Below are positions 23,878 to 36,129 of a stretch of DNA of 64,000 nucleotides, piece by piece. How positions within the stretch are numbered: the first letter of the stretch is position 1; the number at the start of each line of letters is the position of its first letter. Origin of the DNA: Camelus ferus (lineage: Eukaryota); contig NC_045697.1 in the NCBI RefSeq assembly GCF_009834535.1, forward strand, positions 1,428,001 through 1,492,000, written 5' to 3'. Under the pieces are notes generated by a model. That model was not told where the DNA came from. It searched no databases and saw nothing but the letters and a program-made list of their open reading frames with translations. Position numbers and translations under genes: made by a program.

Positions 23878-25762
23878 GTAAGCGGCGGGCGGCGGGCGGC
23901 GGGCGGGGGCGGGGGCAGGGGCGGGCGGAGGGCGCGGTAACGGGCGCAGGGCGGGGGCCGCGGTCCGCTCGCGCCCTGACAGCCCCCCGCGGGGCCGGCG
24001 GGCCGGGGGTGGGAGGCGCCGCCGCCCCGCGCACGGAGCCGGGGCCGGGCTGCCGCGCGCCAGGTGCCGCATCTCCCGGGGAGCGCGGCGCCGCCGGCCC
24101 ACCTGCGCGGCGCTGTCACGGACCCGGGGGTGGTGCCCTGTCGCCCGGCACGGAACTCGTCCTTGAGCTCCCTCCAGTGCGATTCCAGGATGAGCGTGAG
24201 TCAGGTGGCGAGCGGGGTTCCCTCGCGGCGCCCACCTTCTCCGCGCCCTTGCGAATGATGGTTGAAAAGTGCCTCCTGGAAGTTTTCTCGGCCCTCTCCA
24301 GTATGGTCGTTTGAAAGGTACCTGACAGTCTTCCCGCGGTGGCGGCCCTGGCCCCTCATTCCCTGCTTGTTAAAAGTTCTTAGGGGTGACTGGTGGTCTG
24401 GTAAAGCAGGCATATGTGCAGGGTTTGAACTAACGGAGTTTGAGTAGTAATTTTTTCCCGTTTTGCTTATGAAGGCAGCTAGCACACGCTGCCTCCGCCA
24501 GTTGTGGATTGCTGCCACTTTTATTCTGCTCTTGGTCACAGCACTTTACAAGACAAGTCCGTCGTACGTGGGTATGCAGTTGGCAGTCGCTTCCACTCAT
24601 TCAGTTGTCTCCTGAAAGATAACGGATTTTTTCAAAAGTTGTGTTGTTAAAAGTGTTAAATTAAGTTGTTTCAAAGATATTTGCAACAGTAACAACAAAA
24701 GTCTCCTCAGAAGTATTTATTTGTGTGCCATTTTGAGAGAAATTGTTTTATGCAAGATTCTAAATGTTATGTTGGAATGGTATTAAGTGAGAGTAGATGA
24801 TAAATCATTGCATATGGCTTGGCTCTCCAATGCGTATACTATTTTACGAATGTACAGTAATGTGTATGTGTTTTACTTGTAGCTTAAGGTATTTGGAGTG
24901 TTCTCTGGGTGATAAGTGCAGTTGTTGGAGCTTTCTTTAGATTATATTGTCAGATTTGTTTTGGATCCTGGGTCACAGCCTTGGACTTCAGAGTTTCCAG
25001 AGGTTGCCATTTTCCAGTGCCCCGGAGAGTGAAACAGGTGTAGTTCTTGGGATCCAGCATGAGACTTAGGTATTTGCATCGTTGGAGTGTCAATTAAAGG
25101 CAATGCTTACTGCTGCCCAGGAGGGGAGGGGAGGAGGTCTGCCTAAGCAAATCCTTTACAAAAATGTTGATAATACTTGCTACAGCTGGATGTGAAATAT
25201 CTCCATTTCTATTGATTAAATAAAGACATGTTGGTAGTACAGTAAAAATTCTTACACTAGCCTTTCATTCCATAATTTTAGACTTTAATAATTCTGTTAG
25301 TTTGCAATATTTAGCTAAAATAACCTGTTAGTTATTATTCTAATCGCACTTTGCAAACTCAGATAACCGTGTGCCTGTACTATTTTTGATAGGACTGTCT
25401 TATTCTGTTAAACTTATAAATCTAGGTTTTTGACCAGGCCCCACTATAATAAATGAGACACATTAAGATTTGCAGTGCCTGCTCACCCTGCACACACACA
25501 TGGCGTTTTACAAAATGATGCTGCAGTGCTTTTTGTTCTTTTCTATTCCCTTCATTTTCATTAGCAAAATGCTGGTTGTAGTGTACAGTTATTTTATTAT
25601 GTACTATTGAGTTGTGACCTACACCTTTAAAACCATACTTTTTTTAAAATTATATTTTAAAGTTTAAAGCTATGTCTTTAGTTTTAAATTTTCTTCACAA
25701 GTATTTTAATAATAGTGCACTAAAGATACGGTAACAGGGTAACAGCAATCACAAAAGTTCTT

Positions 25763-26317
25763 TAACATTTTTTTAAAACTGAAGTATAGTTGATTAACAA
25801 TGTTATGTTAGATTCTGGGGTACAGCATTGTGATTCAGTTATACATATATATTCTTTTTCATTGTAAGTTATCACATGCTGTTGAATATCCTTCTCTGTG
25901 CTATACAATAAGACTTTGTTGTTTATCTGTATTTGTATACAGCAGTTTGTATCTGCTAATCCCAAACTCCTAATTTGTCCCTCACCACCTTCCTTTCCCC
26001 TTTGGTAACCATAAGTTTGTTTTCTATGTCTGTGAGTATGTTTCTGTTTTCTAAATAAGTTCATTTGTGTCTTTTTTTTTTTTAGATTCCACATATAAGT
26101 GATGTCATATAATATTTGTCTTTCTTTGTCTGACTTGCTTCACTCATTGAAGTAAGTATGATAATCTCTAGGTCCATCTATGTTCCTGCAAATGGCATTA
26201 TTTTATTCTTTTTTATGGCTGAGTAGTATTCCATTGTATCTAGATATCCACATCTCCTTTATCCAGTCATCTGTCAGTGGACATTTAGGTTGCTTCCATG
26301 TCTTGGCTATGGTAAAT
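25763..26317 (-). mobile_element. Artiodactyl/camelid L1, 5'-truncated 3' UTR fragment with TSD
   Basis: Typical L1 3' UTR (tagattccacatataagtgat...gagtagtattccattgt). A 19-bp TSD AGCAATCACAAAA(G/A)TTCTT lies at 25744-25762 and 26318-26336. Confidence 0.92.
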
Positions 26318-28099
26318 AGCAATCACAAAAATTCTTAATGTAATTCTAAAATCTCTGAATTGTTTCCCCACAGATGGTGAGTTCTTTGGGATGCTTTACC
26401 TGGTACAGAACAGTGTTTGTCAACAAGTAACAGGGACTGGCCCTGCGTTTCCCAGAGAGACTTACGATTCTTGGGGCACCTTCCCTCCATTTCATGTAGA
26501 GTCACCAGGGAGAAGGTGTCTAAGAAAGAAGAGTGGAAGGACTGTCTTGATTCTCAGGAGCGGTCTTACCCCCACTGCCCAGTGTGCTGGGCACAGCCTG
26601 AGCATCAGACCTGGGAGCATCTTCAGCAAGGCGACTGCTGAGGCAAAGAAGGCGTTTCTGCACAGAGGTGGTTCTACAAACAAATGAGGACCGTAGGATA
26701 TGTAGGAAAGCACAGTGTAGCTTGTAGCGGCTTTGGCCCACAGCAGAGTTCTGGTGTTCAGAGCTTGGGGGGTGTAAGCTTGATAGGCTCTGTGCCCTCA
26801 GGTACAACCTCGCACAGCCTTAGTTTTCTGGGTGGCGTGGCACCCAGCGCCTAGGGCCGTGGTAAGAATGCAGGAGGTAGAGCCTGGAAGAGCTTACACT
26901 GTGCCTAGTGGCACACAGTGCTGTGCATGTATGTGGTCAGTGGTTTCGGGAGTCTGGCCGTCTTTCTTTGTTAGGGACTCTGCTGCAGGACAGTGTCAGT
27001 GACACCGTTTCCACTGGCGGGGAGCAGGGAGCAGTGACCATGTGCGTGTTGGACGCAGCCTGCTCTAGCAGCCGTGTGTGATGTCTGCTCTGACGTGACC
27101 GTGAAGGGTTAGCCCCAAAATGAAAAGTTGATAGGTGAAGGCCGTCGAGAATGCATCTTGCTATTTTGCATTTCTATTTTAAAATGTAATTTTCATAATT
27201 CATGGTGTATTAAGTGAAGAAAGAAGCTTATAAAATAGAAAAGTGTTTGCAATGAGGACCCATTTTTGTAAAGCATCTGCATGTGTATCTACTTGCATAG
27301 GAAAGTCTGACAGGGTATATGTCAAAATAATTTGTGTTAGAAATTCTGATGACTTTCTTTTTCCCTTTTTTGCGCATGCCTCAAGCTTTAAGACTTTTCT
27401 ACAATGAACACTACATATGGAGCAAGAAGGTGAATGGTACTTTTACAACCTGATATTACCAGCGACTCTTCTTTTTCAAATTTTGGCTTTTCCCATCCTT
27501 TAACAGTTAAGCATTTAGGTATTTACACAAAATAAAAATACTTATACCATCAGAATTCTGTATTTGAATAAGTGCGCAAAATTAAGTCATGTATATGTTA
27601 TTCACCAAAACTGCTGTATAGTGGAAATTGTCCTGTGTCATTAGCTGTAGGGATATCAAATTACATAAAATTTACACTCATGGAGGGATCAAATGGAAAT
27701 TTAGGGCTATTTTTGTAATGCTGTTAGAGGTTTATAAAAGGAAGCTATTTGGGAGAGGGATCAAAGTGCATTTTCAAACAGTGATTTTACAGTTTTAAAG
27801 TCAGAGAAATGGACGGTGTAGGGGGCATTTGTAATAACATAAATCCTGTTTCATTGCTGAGGTGGCAAGGAGGAGGTGACGTCAGTGGTGTTTAAAGGCC
27901 ATCATACAGCCTTTAATCCATCATACAGGATACCCTGTGGTCAATGGTGTGATTTGGATCTTGGGGTACGCAGGGTGCACTAAGCAGCCTTCCCTGTGTT
28001 GTAGAAATCACTGCCATGGTGAAATGAGGTTCAGGAATCATAACTCTCTCTAGTTCACATTTACCTCAGTGACTGAGGGAGTAGGCTGAGTAAAGATCT

Positions 28100-31000
28100 A
28101 GAGCCTTCTGTGATTTCGCTGAGATTATCGGTGTCGTGCAGGTACGTGAGCGTGTCTGTGATGCAGTCCTTCATGTGTACCCCACGTAACCAGTCTTTCA
28201 GCGTGCAGAACACAGGCAAAGCATCTCCCCGCGTCCTCACCCCACTGCTGTTCTCATGCGTTTTGCCTGGTTTTGAACTTCACATAAAAGTGCTCTCTGC
28301 TAGTGCTGTTTGGCTCAATGTTATATCTAAGATGCTTCGGTGTTGTTGATGTAGCAATTCATCCTTCTTTTTCACGGCAGGCAGTTTTCCATTGTGCGAA
28401 TATTCCACCACTTACCCATTCTACTATTGACGGACATTTGCGTTATTTCATTTTATGGCTGATATGAATCAAGCTGGTGTGCACATTCCTGTATGGGATT
28501 TTTGGTGGATAAGAGTGCTCATTTTCAATGAGTGTATACCTGAAGTGGAATTGCTAAGTATACCTGTGGCTTGACTTTAGTAGATACTGCCAGAGAGTTT
28601 TTCTCAGAGGTTTTCTTAACATGCTAATTTAAAAATCAACATGTAGTAAAGTTTGTATTTTTTAATGTACCATTATTTTGATTTTTAACGCATGTGTAGA
28701 TTCATGTATTCACTGTCACAGGATTCAGAGCAATTTCATTACCCACAAAAGCTCCCTCATGCTCTTCCTATACAAGAACACTACCCCACCCCTAAACTCT
28801 GGACAGCCAGTGCTTTGTTACTATGATTTTGTCTTTTGCAGCAGTCATATAAATGGAATCATACAGTATGTAGCTTTTTGAGCCTGATTCCTTTCACTCA
28901 GCATAATCATTTTGAGATTCATCCAAGTTGCTTCACACATTAGTAGTTTGTTCCTTTTTACTGCCAAGTAGTGTTCCATTGAATGGGTGTACCACAGTTC
29001 ATCCATTCTCTCTTTAGTGGACATTGGGGTTTTTTCAGGTTTTGATGATATAAATAAAGCTGCTATAAGCATTTGTGTACAAGTTTTTGTGTGAAGGTAA
29101 ATTTTCATTTCCTTAGGATAAATACCAAGGAGTGGGAGCAGAGTCATGCGATAGCATTATAAGAAACTGCAAACCTGTTTTCCAGAGTGGCTGTACCATT
29201 TTGACTTCCCATCAGCAGTGTGTGAGAGTTCACTTGCTCTACATCCGTGGTAGCACTTGACATTGTCAGTAGATTTTATTTTAACCATTTTGATAAATGG
29301 GTGTGTAGTGGCATTGTGGTTTTAATTTGCATTTCCCCAGTGACTACTGACACTGAATACTTTTCATTTCTTTATTTGTCATTCTTGTATCCTCTTGGGT
29401 AAAGTGTTTATTAAAGAGTCTTTTTTTTAAATTTTGGGGGGAAGTAATTAGGTTTTATTCTATTTATTTATTTGTTTATTTAATTTTAATGAAAGTACTG
29501 GGATTTGAACCCAGGATCTCGTGCACACTAAGCACGTGCTCTGCCACTGAGCTATGCCATCCCCCCAAGAATTTGCTTATTTTTGATTGAATTGTTTATT
29601 TTCTTTGAGATTTGATAGTTCTTTGTAATTCTCGATATGAGTCCTATATCAGGATATATGATTAACAAACATTTTCTTATAGTCTGTAGCTTGTCTTACT
29701 CTATTAACTGTTTTTTGCAAAAAGAAAAAAATATTTTGATGTAGTTCAGCTTCCAATTTTTTTCTTCTATGGATCATACCTTTTCGTGTCATGTCTAAGA
29801 ACTCTTTGTTTTATAAAATCGCAGGTTATAAGGATATTTTTCTTATTTTTTTTCCTAAAAATGTCATAATTTTACATTTAGATCTGTGATTTTCATTTTC
29901 GTTAATTTTGTATAAGGTATCAGATTCTGGTAGGGATTCCCCTCCCCCCGCCCATGGATGTCAGGTTGCTTCAAACCCATTTATTGAAAGGATATCCTTT
30001 CTCCACTGAATTGACTTTTCACTTCTGTCAAAAATCAGTTGACCTTATTTGCGTAGGTTATTTCTGGACTGTGTTCTGTTCTGGTCTGTTGATCTATGGG
30101 TCTCTCCCGTTGCCCATACCACACTGTCTTGATTACTATAAGTCTTAAAATTGGCAAGGTGATTCCTCCAACCAAAAAAGAAATGTTTTTGCTATTTCAT
30201 TTTGCTTTTATAGTTGTTTTGCTTTTGCAGACATTTTAGAATCAGCTTGTCTGTGTCTTACAGGTAATTCTATTGGGATTTGATTGGAATCTGTAGATCA
30301 GTTTGGGGGGAAATTGACATACTTACTGTGTTGAATCTTCCAAACTGTGAACATGGTATATGTTTCTATTTATTTGGTCATCTTTGATTCCTTTCTTTTT
30401 TAAATTGAGATAGAATTGATATATAGTACATCTCTGATTTCTTTCATCTATGTTTTGTATGTTTTCAGCATACAGATCCTGTACCATGTTTTGTTAGATT
30501 TATAAAGTATTTTATTTTTTCAAATTTTGTAAAAAATGGTGTTTTTAAGAATTTCAGTTTCTATTTATTCATTGCTGATATATAGAAATATGATTAATTT
30601 TTGTGTATTCAACTAATGTCTGTTGATTTTACTAAAATCATATATTCTGGGAATTTTTTGTGGATTTATTGGGATTTTCTGTGTAGGTAATCATGTTGTC
30701 TGTGAACAGTGAATTTTTTGGTTTGTTTTTCATTCTGTATGCCTTTTATTTCTTTTTCTTTCTTTATTGCACTTGATAGGGCTTTTAGTACAATTTCTTT
30801 GTTTCTGATTTTAGGGGGAAAGCGTTTAGTCTTTCACTATAAAGAATGATGTCTACTGTGGATTTTTTGAGTTGCCCATTATCATGTTGAGGAAGTTTTT
30901 CTTCCTTTATTAGTTTGCTGAGAGTTTTATCAGTGGATGTTAAAGTTGCGAAGTGTTTTTTGAATCAATTGATATGACCATGTGTTTTTTTCTTCTTTAG

Positions 31001-32350
31001 ATTGTTAATGTGGTAGATCATATTATTGATTTTTGAATATTGGACCAGCTTTGCATTCCTGGAATAAACCCTGCTAGATCATGGTATATTACTCTTCTTG
31101 AAATAATTGCTGGATTCATTGTACTGATATTTTGTTGAGCGTTGTTGCATCTATTTTTATGGGATATATGTCAGTGGTTTTCTTGTATTGTCCTTGCCTG
31201 ATTTTGGTATCAGTATAGTGCTGGCCTCATAAAGCAAGTTAACAATTGTTGCCTTCTATTTTAGTAGTTTGTGCTTTTCAAGGAATTGGTCCATTTCATT
31301 TTAGTTGTTGATTTATGTGTGTAAAGTTGTCTGTAGTCTGTCTTTATTATCCTTTTAATATCTGTGAGGGTCTGTGTCCCCTCTTTCACTCCTGATATTG
31401 GCAATTTGTCTGCTCTCTTTTCTGCCAGTCTTAATAGGGGTTCCTTAAGTTTTTAATCTTTTTAAAGAACCAGCTTTTAGTTTCATTGATTTTTTTCCCT
31501 ATTGTTTTGATTTTTTTTTTTTAAACACCCTTTGCTGTATTGCTTGCTTTGGGTTTATTTTGATTTTTAATTTTTCCAATTTGTTAGAGTAGAACCTTAG
31601 GTTATTGATTTGAGGCCATTTTTCTTCCCTAATATACATATTTAGTGCTATAAACATCACATACTTCAGCGTCATCCCACAAATTTTGGTATGTTGTACT
31701 TTCAGTTTCATTCAGTTTAAAATATTTTCTAATTTCCCTTAAATCTTCCTCTTTGCTTCACAGATTATTAAGATGCTGTTTAATTTGCTGTTTTCACGTT
31801 ACTGTGTCCTAGTCTGATCCCAGTATGGTCAGAGAACATCCTTTTATGATTCTTAATTCTTCGAAAAATTTTAAGGTTTTGTCGTCTATCTTAGCATCTA
31901 TTATTTATGCACTGAGACATGTATATTTTGTTATTATTGAGTGGAGTGTTCTCTTGAATGTCAGATTATTTTGTTTAATTCTAAACTTTTGCTGATTGTT
32001 TACTAGTTTCATCAGTTGCTGAGAGAGGAGGGTTGAAGTCTGTTACTAAAATTGTGGATTTATTGAGTTACCCCCACAGTTTGTTTAGTTTCTGTTTCAT
32101 GTATTTTGAAGCTCTTTTGTTTGGCTCAGATACATTTATGATTGTCATGTCTTTCTGGTGAATTGACCATATTTTGTCAGCTAAGTTACGTTCCTCTTAT
32201 CCCTGGCGGTTTTCTTGGCTGTGAAGTCTGCTTTGTCTGATGCTCACATGGCCATTCCAGCTTTCTTTTACTTGGTATTTTCATGGTAAATCTTCTTCTA
32301 TTCTGTTACTTTTAACCTACCTTTACTTTGAACTGGGTTTCTTATACACA
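28100..32350 (-). mobile_element. Old L1M LINE(s), 3' UTR and degenerate ORF2, interrupted by a Vic-1 SINE
   Basis: Antisense ORF2 C-terminal peptide (LLGIYPKEMKIYLHTKTCTQMLIAALFI) and long T-rich L1 phrases. Confidence 0.85.
29421..29566 (-). mobile_element. Vic-1-like SINE
   Basis: Reverse complement of the SINE at 17426 (gtaattagg...gaacccagga...ccactgagctat). Confidence 0.85.
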
Positions 32351-35300
32351 GCTGCTAGATTAATTTTCATTAATCACATATTCATATTTTCACCTTTATT
32401 TATAATGCACGTGTGAAGTGTGCTTATTAACTTGAGGCCTGTTCTCCTGACTTGATTACTGATTGAGTTCTATTTGGTGCTTGTGTGGGATGCTTCTGGG
32501 CAGTGTGTAGCTCTCTCTGTTGGACTTTTTTTTAACCCTACGGGCTTTCTGAACTCATTTGCTAGAATACTCTAGCGTGAAGACACGAGGTGACTTTATT
32601 TTTGAGATAGTATAACCAGAATGAGCTGAAATCAAATAATTTGTATCTCATGGGCTTCCAAACTTTTTTTTTAACTGTATAAGTGAATGTTAGTTTCTAG
32701 ATTACATTAAAGTAATTCCAGTAACGTTTGTGGCATTGAATTACCACATTTTCTATGGAAATTGGCTTTTTTCATGCATAGAACGCAAAGAACATTTTTC
32801 TGTTGAGTACTTTGAGGACATTAGTTACATCTTAAAACTCAATGAGAAGTTGGGAAATTTAACTTATTATGGCCCTGGGTTTTTTTGTTTTGTTTTTTCT
32901 TTATAAACTTTTTATTTTGGAATAATTTTAGACTTACAGAAAGTTACCAAGTTAGTATAGAGTTCCCATATTTTCTTCAACCACCTTTCCATAATGTTGA
33001 TGTATTACTTAACCTTGGTATATTTGTCAAAACTAAGAAATTTAAATCGGTATGGTATTATTTAACCACAGGCTTTTTTGCGGTTTCACTGATTTTTCCA
33101 CAATTATCCAATTTCTGTTTCTGGATTGAATCTAGGATTGCATTTAGTGGCCCAGAATTTCAATTTTAGTTAATTTTAGCTGCATCACCTGTGAAATGGG
33201 AATGTTAATTTTCATTTTCCTCAAGAAAACCCTCAAAAGCTAATTAATATTTATGTGTACAGCATGGTAGTAATATTGTGTTCATGCTAAAATTCAGGGA
33301 AGTTGTTTACTATTTAATGGTTTGCTGCAACCTAGTTATTTCCTCTGGAAATGCTGGTGGTTAGTCCACTGTGATGAGGTAGCCCAGCTGCTCTCTGCAG
33401 GTCCCTGCTGAACGCTCAGCCCCTTAGAGGCTGCTGGCGGGGTGACTGCTGCTGCGAGTGCATCTCTAGCTGACGGCCAGGACAGCTTAGAGAAGGGAGT
33501 CACCAGCCTCTTGCCGAAGCTGTTTGGTTGCCTTGGAGAAAGGAGTTCCGTAGGTGAATTCTTGACCGTGCTTGTAATATTGTTGCTGTTTTCTGTTGAA
33601 AAGCATAGAAGGTAACATCATGCACTAAGTTGCTTAAATTGTAGCTACTATCAATATTCTCTCTTCCTCTAAAAGGATAGTGGGTCAGTTGTATCTCTGT
33701 TTTTTTTTTTTAAATAGTAGGAAAGTTGGCTCTGTCAACAGTTATTCTAGTTACATGCCTCTCTGCACACCGTGAGTGCCCTGTTCTTGGTGTGTTTGCA
33801 CATTTGCAGATGTCCACACTGGTGTCCCAGTTGGAATGCTGGGATTGGCAAATCGCAGACCCACAGAACTTCAGAACTGGACCGGACAACAGCAGAACGT
33901 GTATTTACTGCTGCGACAGGATTTACTTGCTGAGGAAACTGAGACCCAAAGAATTGAGTTTGAAAAATTACTGATTGTCCTAGTCAGTGTCCCCTCCTGC
34001 TCCTCTCAGCTCCTGGTGGCATTTCTACCTGAGATGTGGAGATCCTCCTGTCCTGCTCTTCCCTGTTCTCAGCCCAGCCCAAGCCTCCTCTCTCGGAGCC
34101 AGCCTTGTGAGCGCCCCCTGCCGCTGCTTTCTCCACCTCTGCTTCCTTCTTGTAGGTCTGCCCGCCCGCCTCGGCAGCTGGGAGCCTTCACCCTTCCTTG
34201 ATGACACCTTCGCTTGTCCTTCCCACCGCACCTTGTGTGCCAGACTCTGGCCCAGTGGCCGGCTTCTCATCCTTCTTGCTCTTAGCTGACTTCCTTCTGT
34301 TCTGTTGTCCCGCTGCTGTCGCCCCCTTGTCTGGCGCTGTAGCAGCCACATTGTCGTGCTCATGTGGTGTGGCCTGCACAGTGCAACTGGGCCGCGTCCT
34401 CCTCGCCTCTGTGCCTTTGTTGGGTCTTGTCCTGCACAGTGTTTCTCTCCCTTCTTTGTCCAGTTAACCTGAGGTTTCTCTCCAAGAGGAGGTCAGGTGC
34501 TGTCCTGATGGGAGGCGTTGCCTTCACCAGTCTAGGCTGGGCTGTTGTCTCCCTTCTGGGCTCCCTTGGTGCCTGCCCTCCGCTTGGCCCTGGCCCTTAG
34601 ACTGGATCCCTGGGGTGTTTTCTCTAAGCCATGCTCTGGTTTCCTCGGCACACAGTACCTGCTCCAAAAACGTTGCTCTGAGGTCCAGGCCAGTTGACGT
34701 GAGCTTCTGCAGTTCTGCCCTCCTCCCCTTTTTCCTGAAGGCTGTTGTCTTTGTCTTCTAATTTGGAAGAAAACATTTGTCCCCTTTTCCAAAGTTAATC
34801 CTATACTCCAGAGGTTCATAACTGGTAGATTTTAGTGAGCTTGTTAATCTGTGGAAACTCACTGCAAAATTTGTCTCTGATTAAGTGACCTCAAGGTCTT
34901 CAAAGGCTCTTCTGAACCTCTCCGTTCTTTCTCTTCCTCCTCTATTGGGTTACTTTCCTTAACATTCAGATTTTGAGTTTCCTGTTTTCCCTTCGCTGTC
35001 AGTCCATTTCTAGACTTTGCTTAACCATTTAAGGCAAGTTTCTATCTGACTTTGTCCTCCCCATTGCCAGCAAAATAACTTGAAATACTGGTTAATAATG
35101 CTGGTGGATACTGCTTGCTTCTACTTCCTTCATCCTCAGTTCCTGTTTTGCTCCCTTAAGCAGCTCTTTCATTTACCACTTTAATCAGCCTTCCCAGAGG
35201 TCCTGAAATGATCGGACTCTTACCAAGTCCAGTAGTTGTTTTTCAGTCCTGATATCCTTCGAGCTTGTTGCACGTGACCTTGATTATAAATGCTTTTCTG

Positions 35301-36129
35301 GGACCCTCTTTTGCCTTCCTTTATGGCACTGTCCTTCTCCTGGCTTTGCTGAGCTTCCTTATTCCTACACATAACAACACTTACCTCGATGCAGGTGAGT
35401 CCGTGTCCAGTTCTTCCTCTCAAGCTCAGACTTACGCTTTACGTTTTTTACCATGTGTTGGTGGAGATTTCTGGTCATAGTTAGAAACTCAAATGGTTGA
35501 TCAGTAAGTCTCTAACACCGTGGTTGTACTTGCTAGAATGATGGTTGAGGCCTGTTTTCCCCTCACGTCTGGCGAGTGGACTCACCTTGTCCATGCTTAG
35601 ACAGAGTAGTGTTTGGGTGTTACTGGTTTGTTTGCTAGAAAGTTTATCAAAATAAGCTTTTGTCTAAAGCTCTCAGGCAGCTGCGTGTGGCCGTGCAGTG
35701 GGCACCTGTCAGGCAGGAAGACTGTGCTAGCTGCTCTTGAAGGGCTTTTCCAACTTGGTGGGCCTCTGATTGTCACTGCTTTGGTCACACACTTTCAGAG
35801 ACTTCCCATTCTCTGCTGCAGGGGCCTCTAACAACCATGTGGTGTGCTGCAGGGGCACAGTAGGATAGCTAAGGTGCTCTCTTGTGATGCAGGAAGAACG
35901 TGTCAGTCCTTATATTTTCAAATAAGACATTACAATTTACAGATGTTTAGTATGTGGATCGAGCCTGACACCCTCACTTGATCTGTGTTTCAGAGTCATT
36001 AGTCTTGCATGACTCCTGAGATATCTTGAGGCAAGAGAGGACATTTGTTCACTTACAGAGTGTTGAAGCTTATGACAGTGAGTGCTCACTAAGTACATTC
36101 ATGAATTCTGCTGTCTAATTTTAATTAAT

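Larger units (their letters stand above)
22400..24350. promoter_or_regulatory. FAM193A: CpG island / promoter of FAM193A
   Basis: Very high GC and CpG density around FAM193A exon 1, with multiple GC boxes. Confidence 0.93.

Noticed and set aside
22811..24314. Long ORFs of 407 aa (minus) and 310 aa (plus) and other overlapping ORFs in the CpG island
   Set aside because: Low-complexity Arg/Pro/Gly/Ala translations expected from stop-poor, very GC-rich DNA. They cross the FAM193A splice donor and show no recognisable domain.
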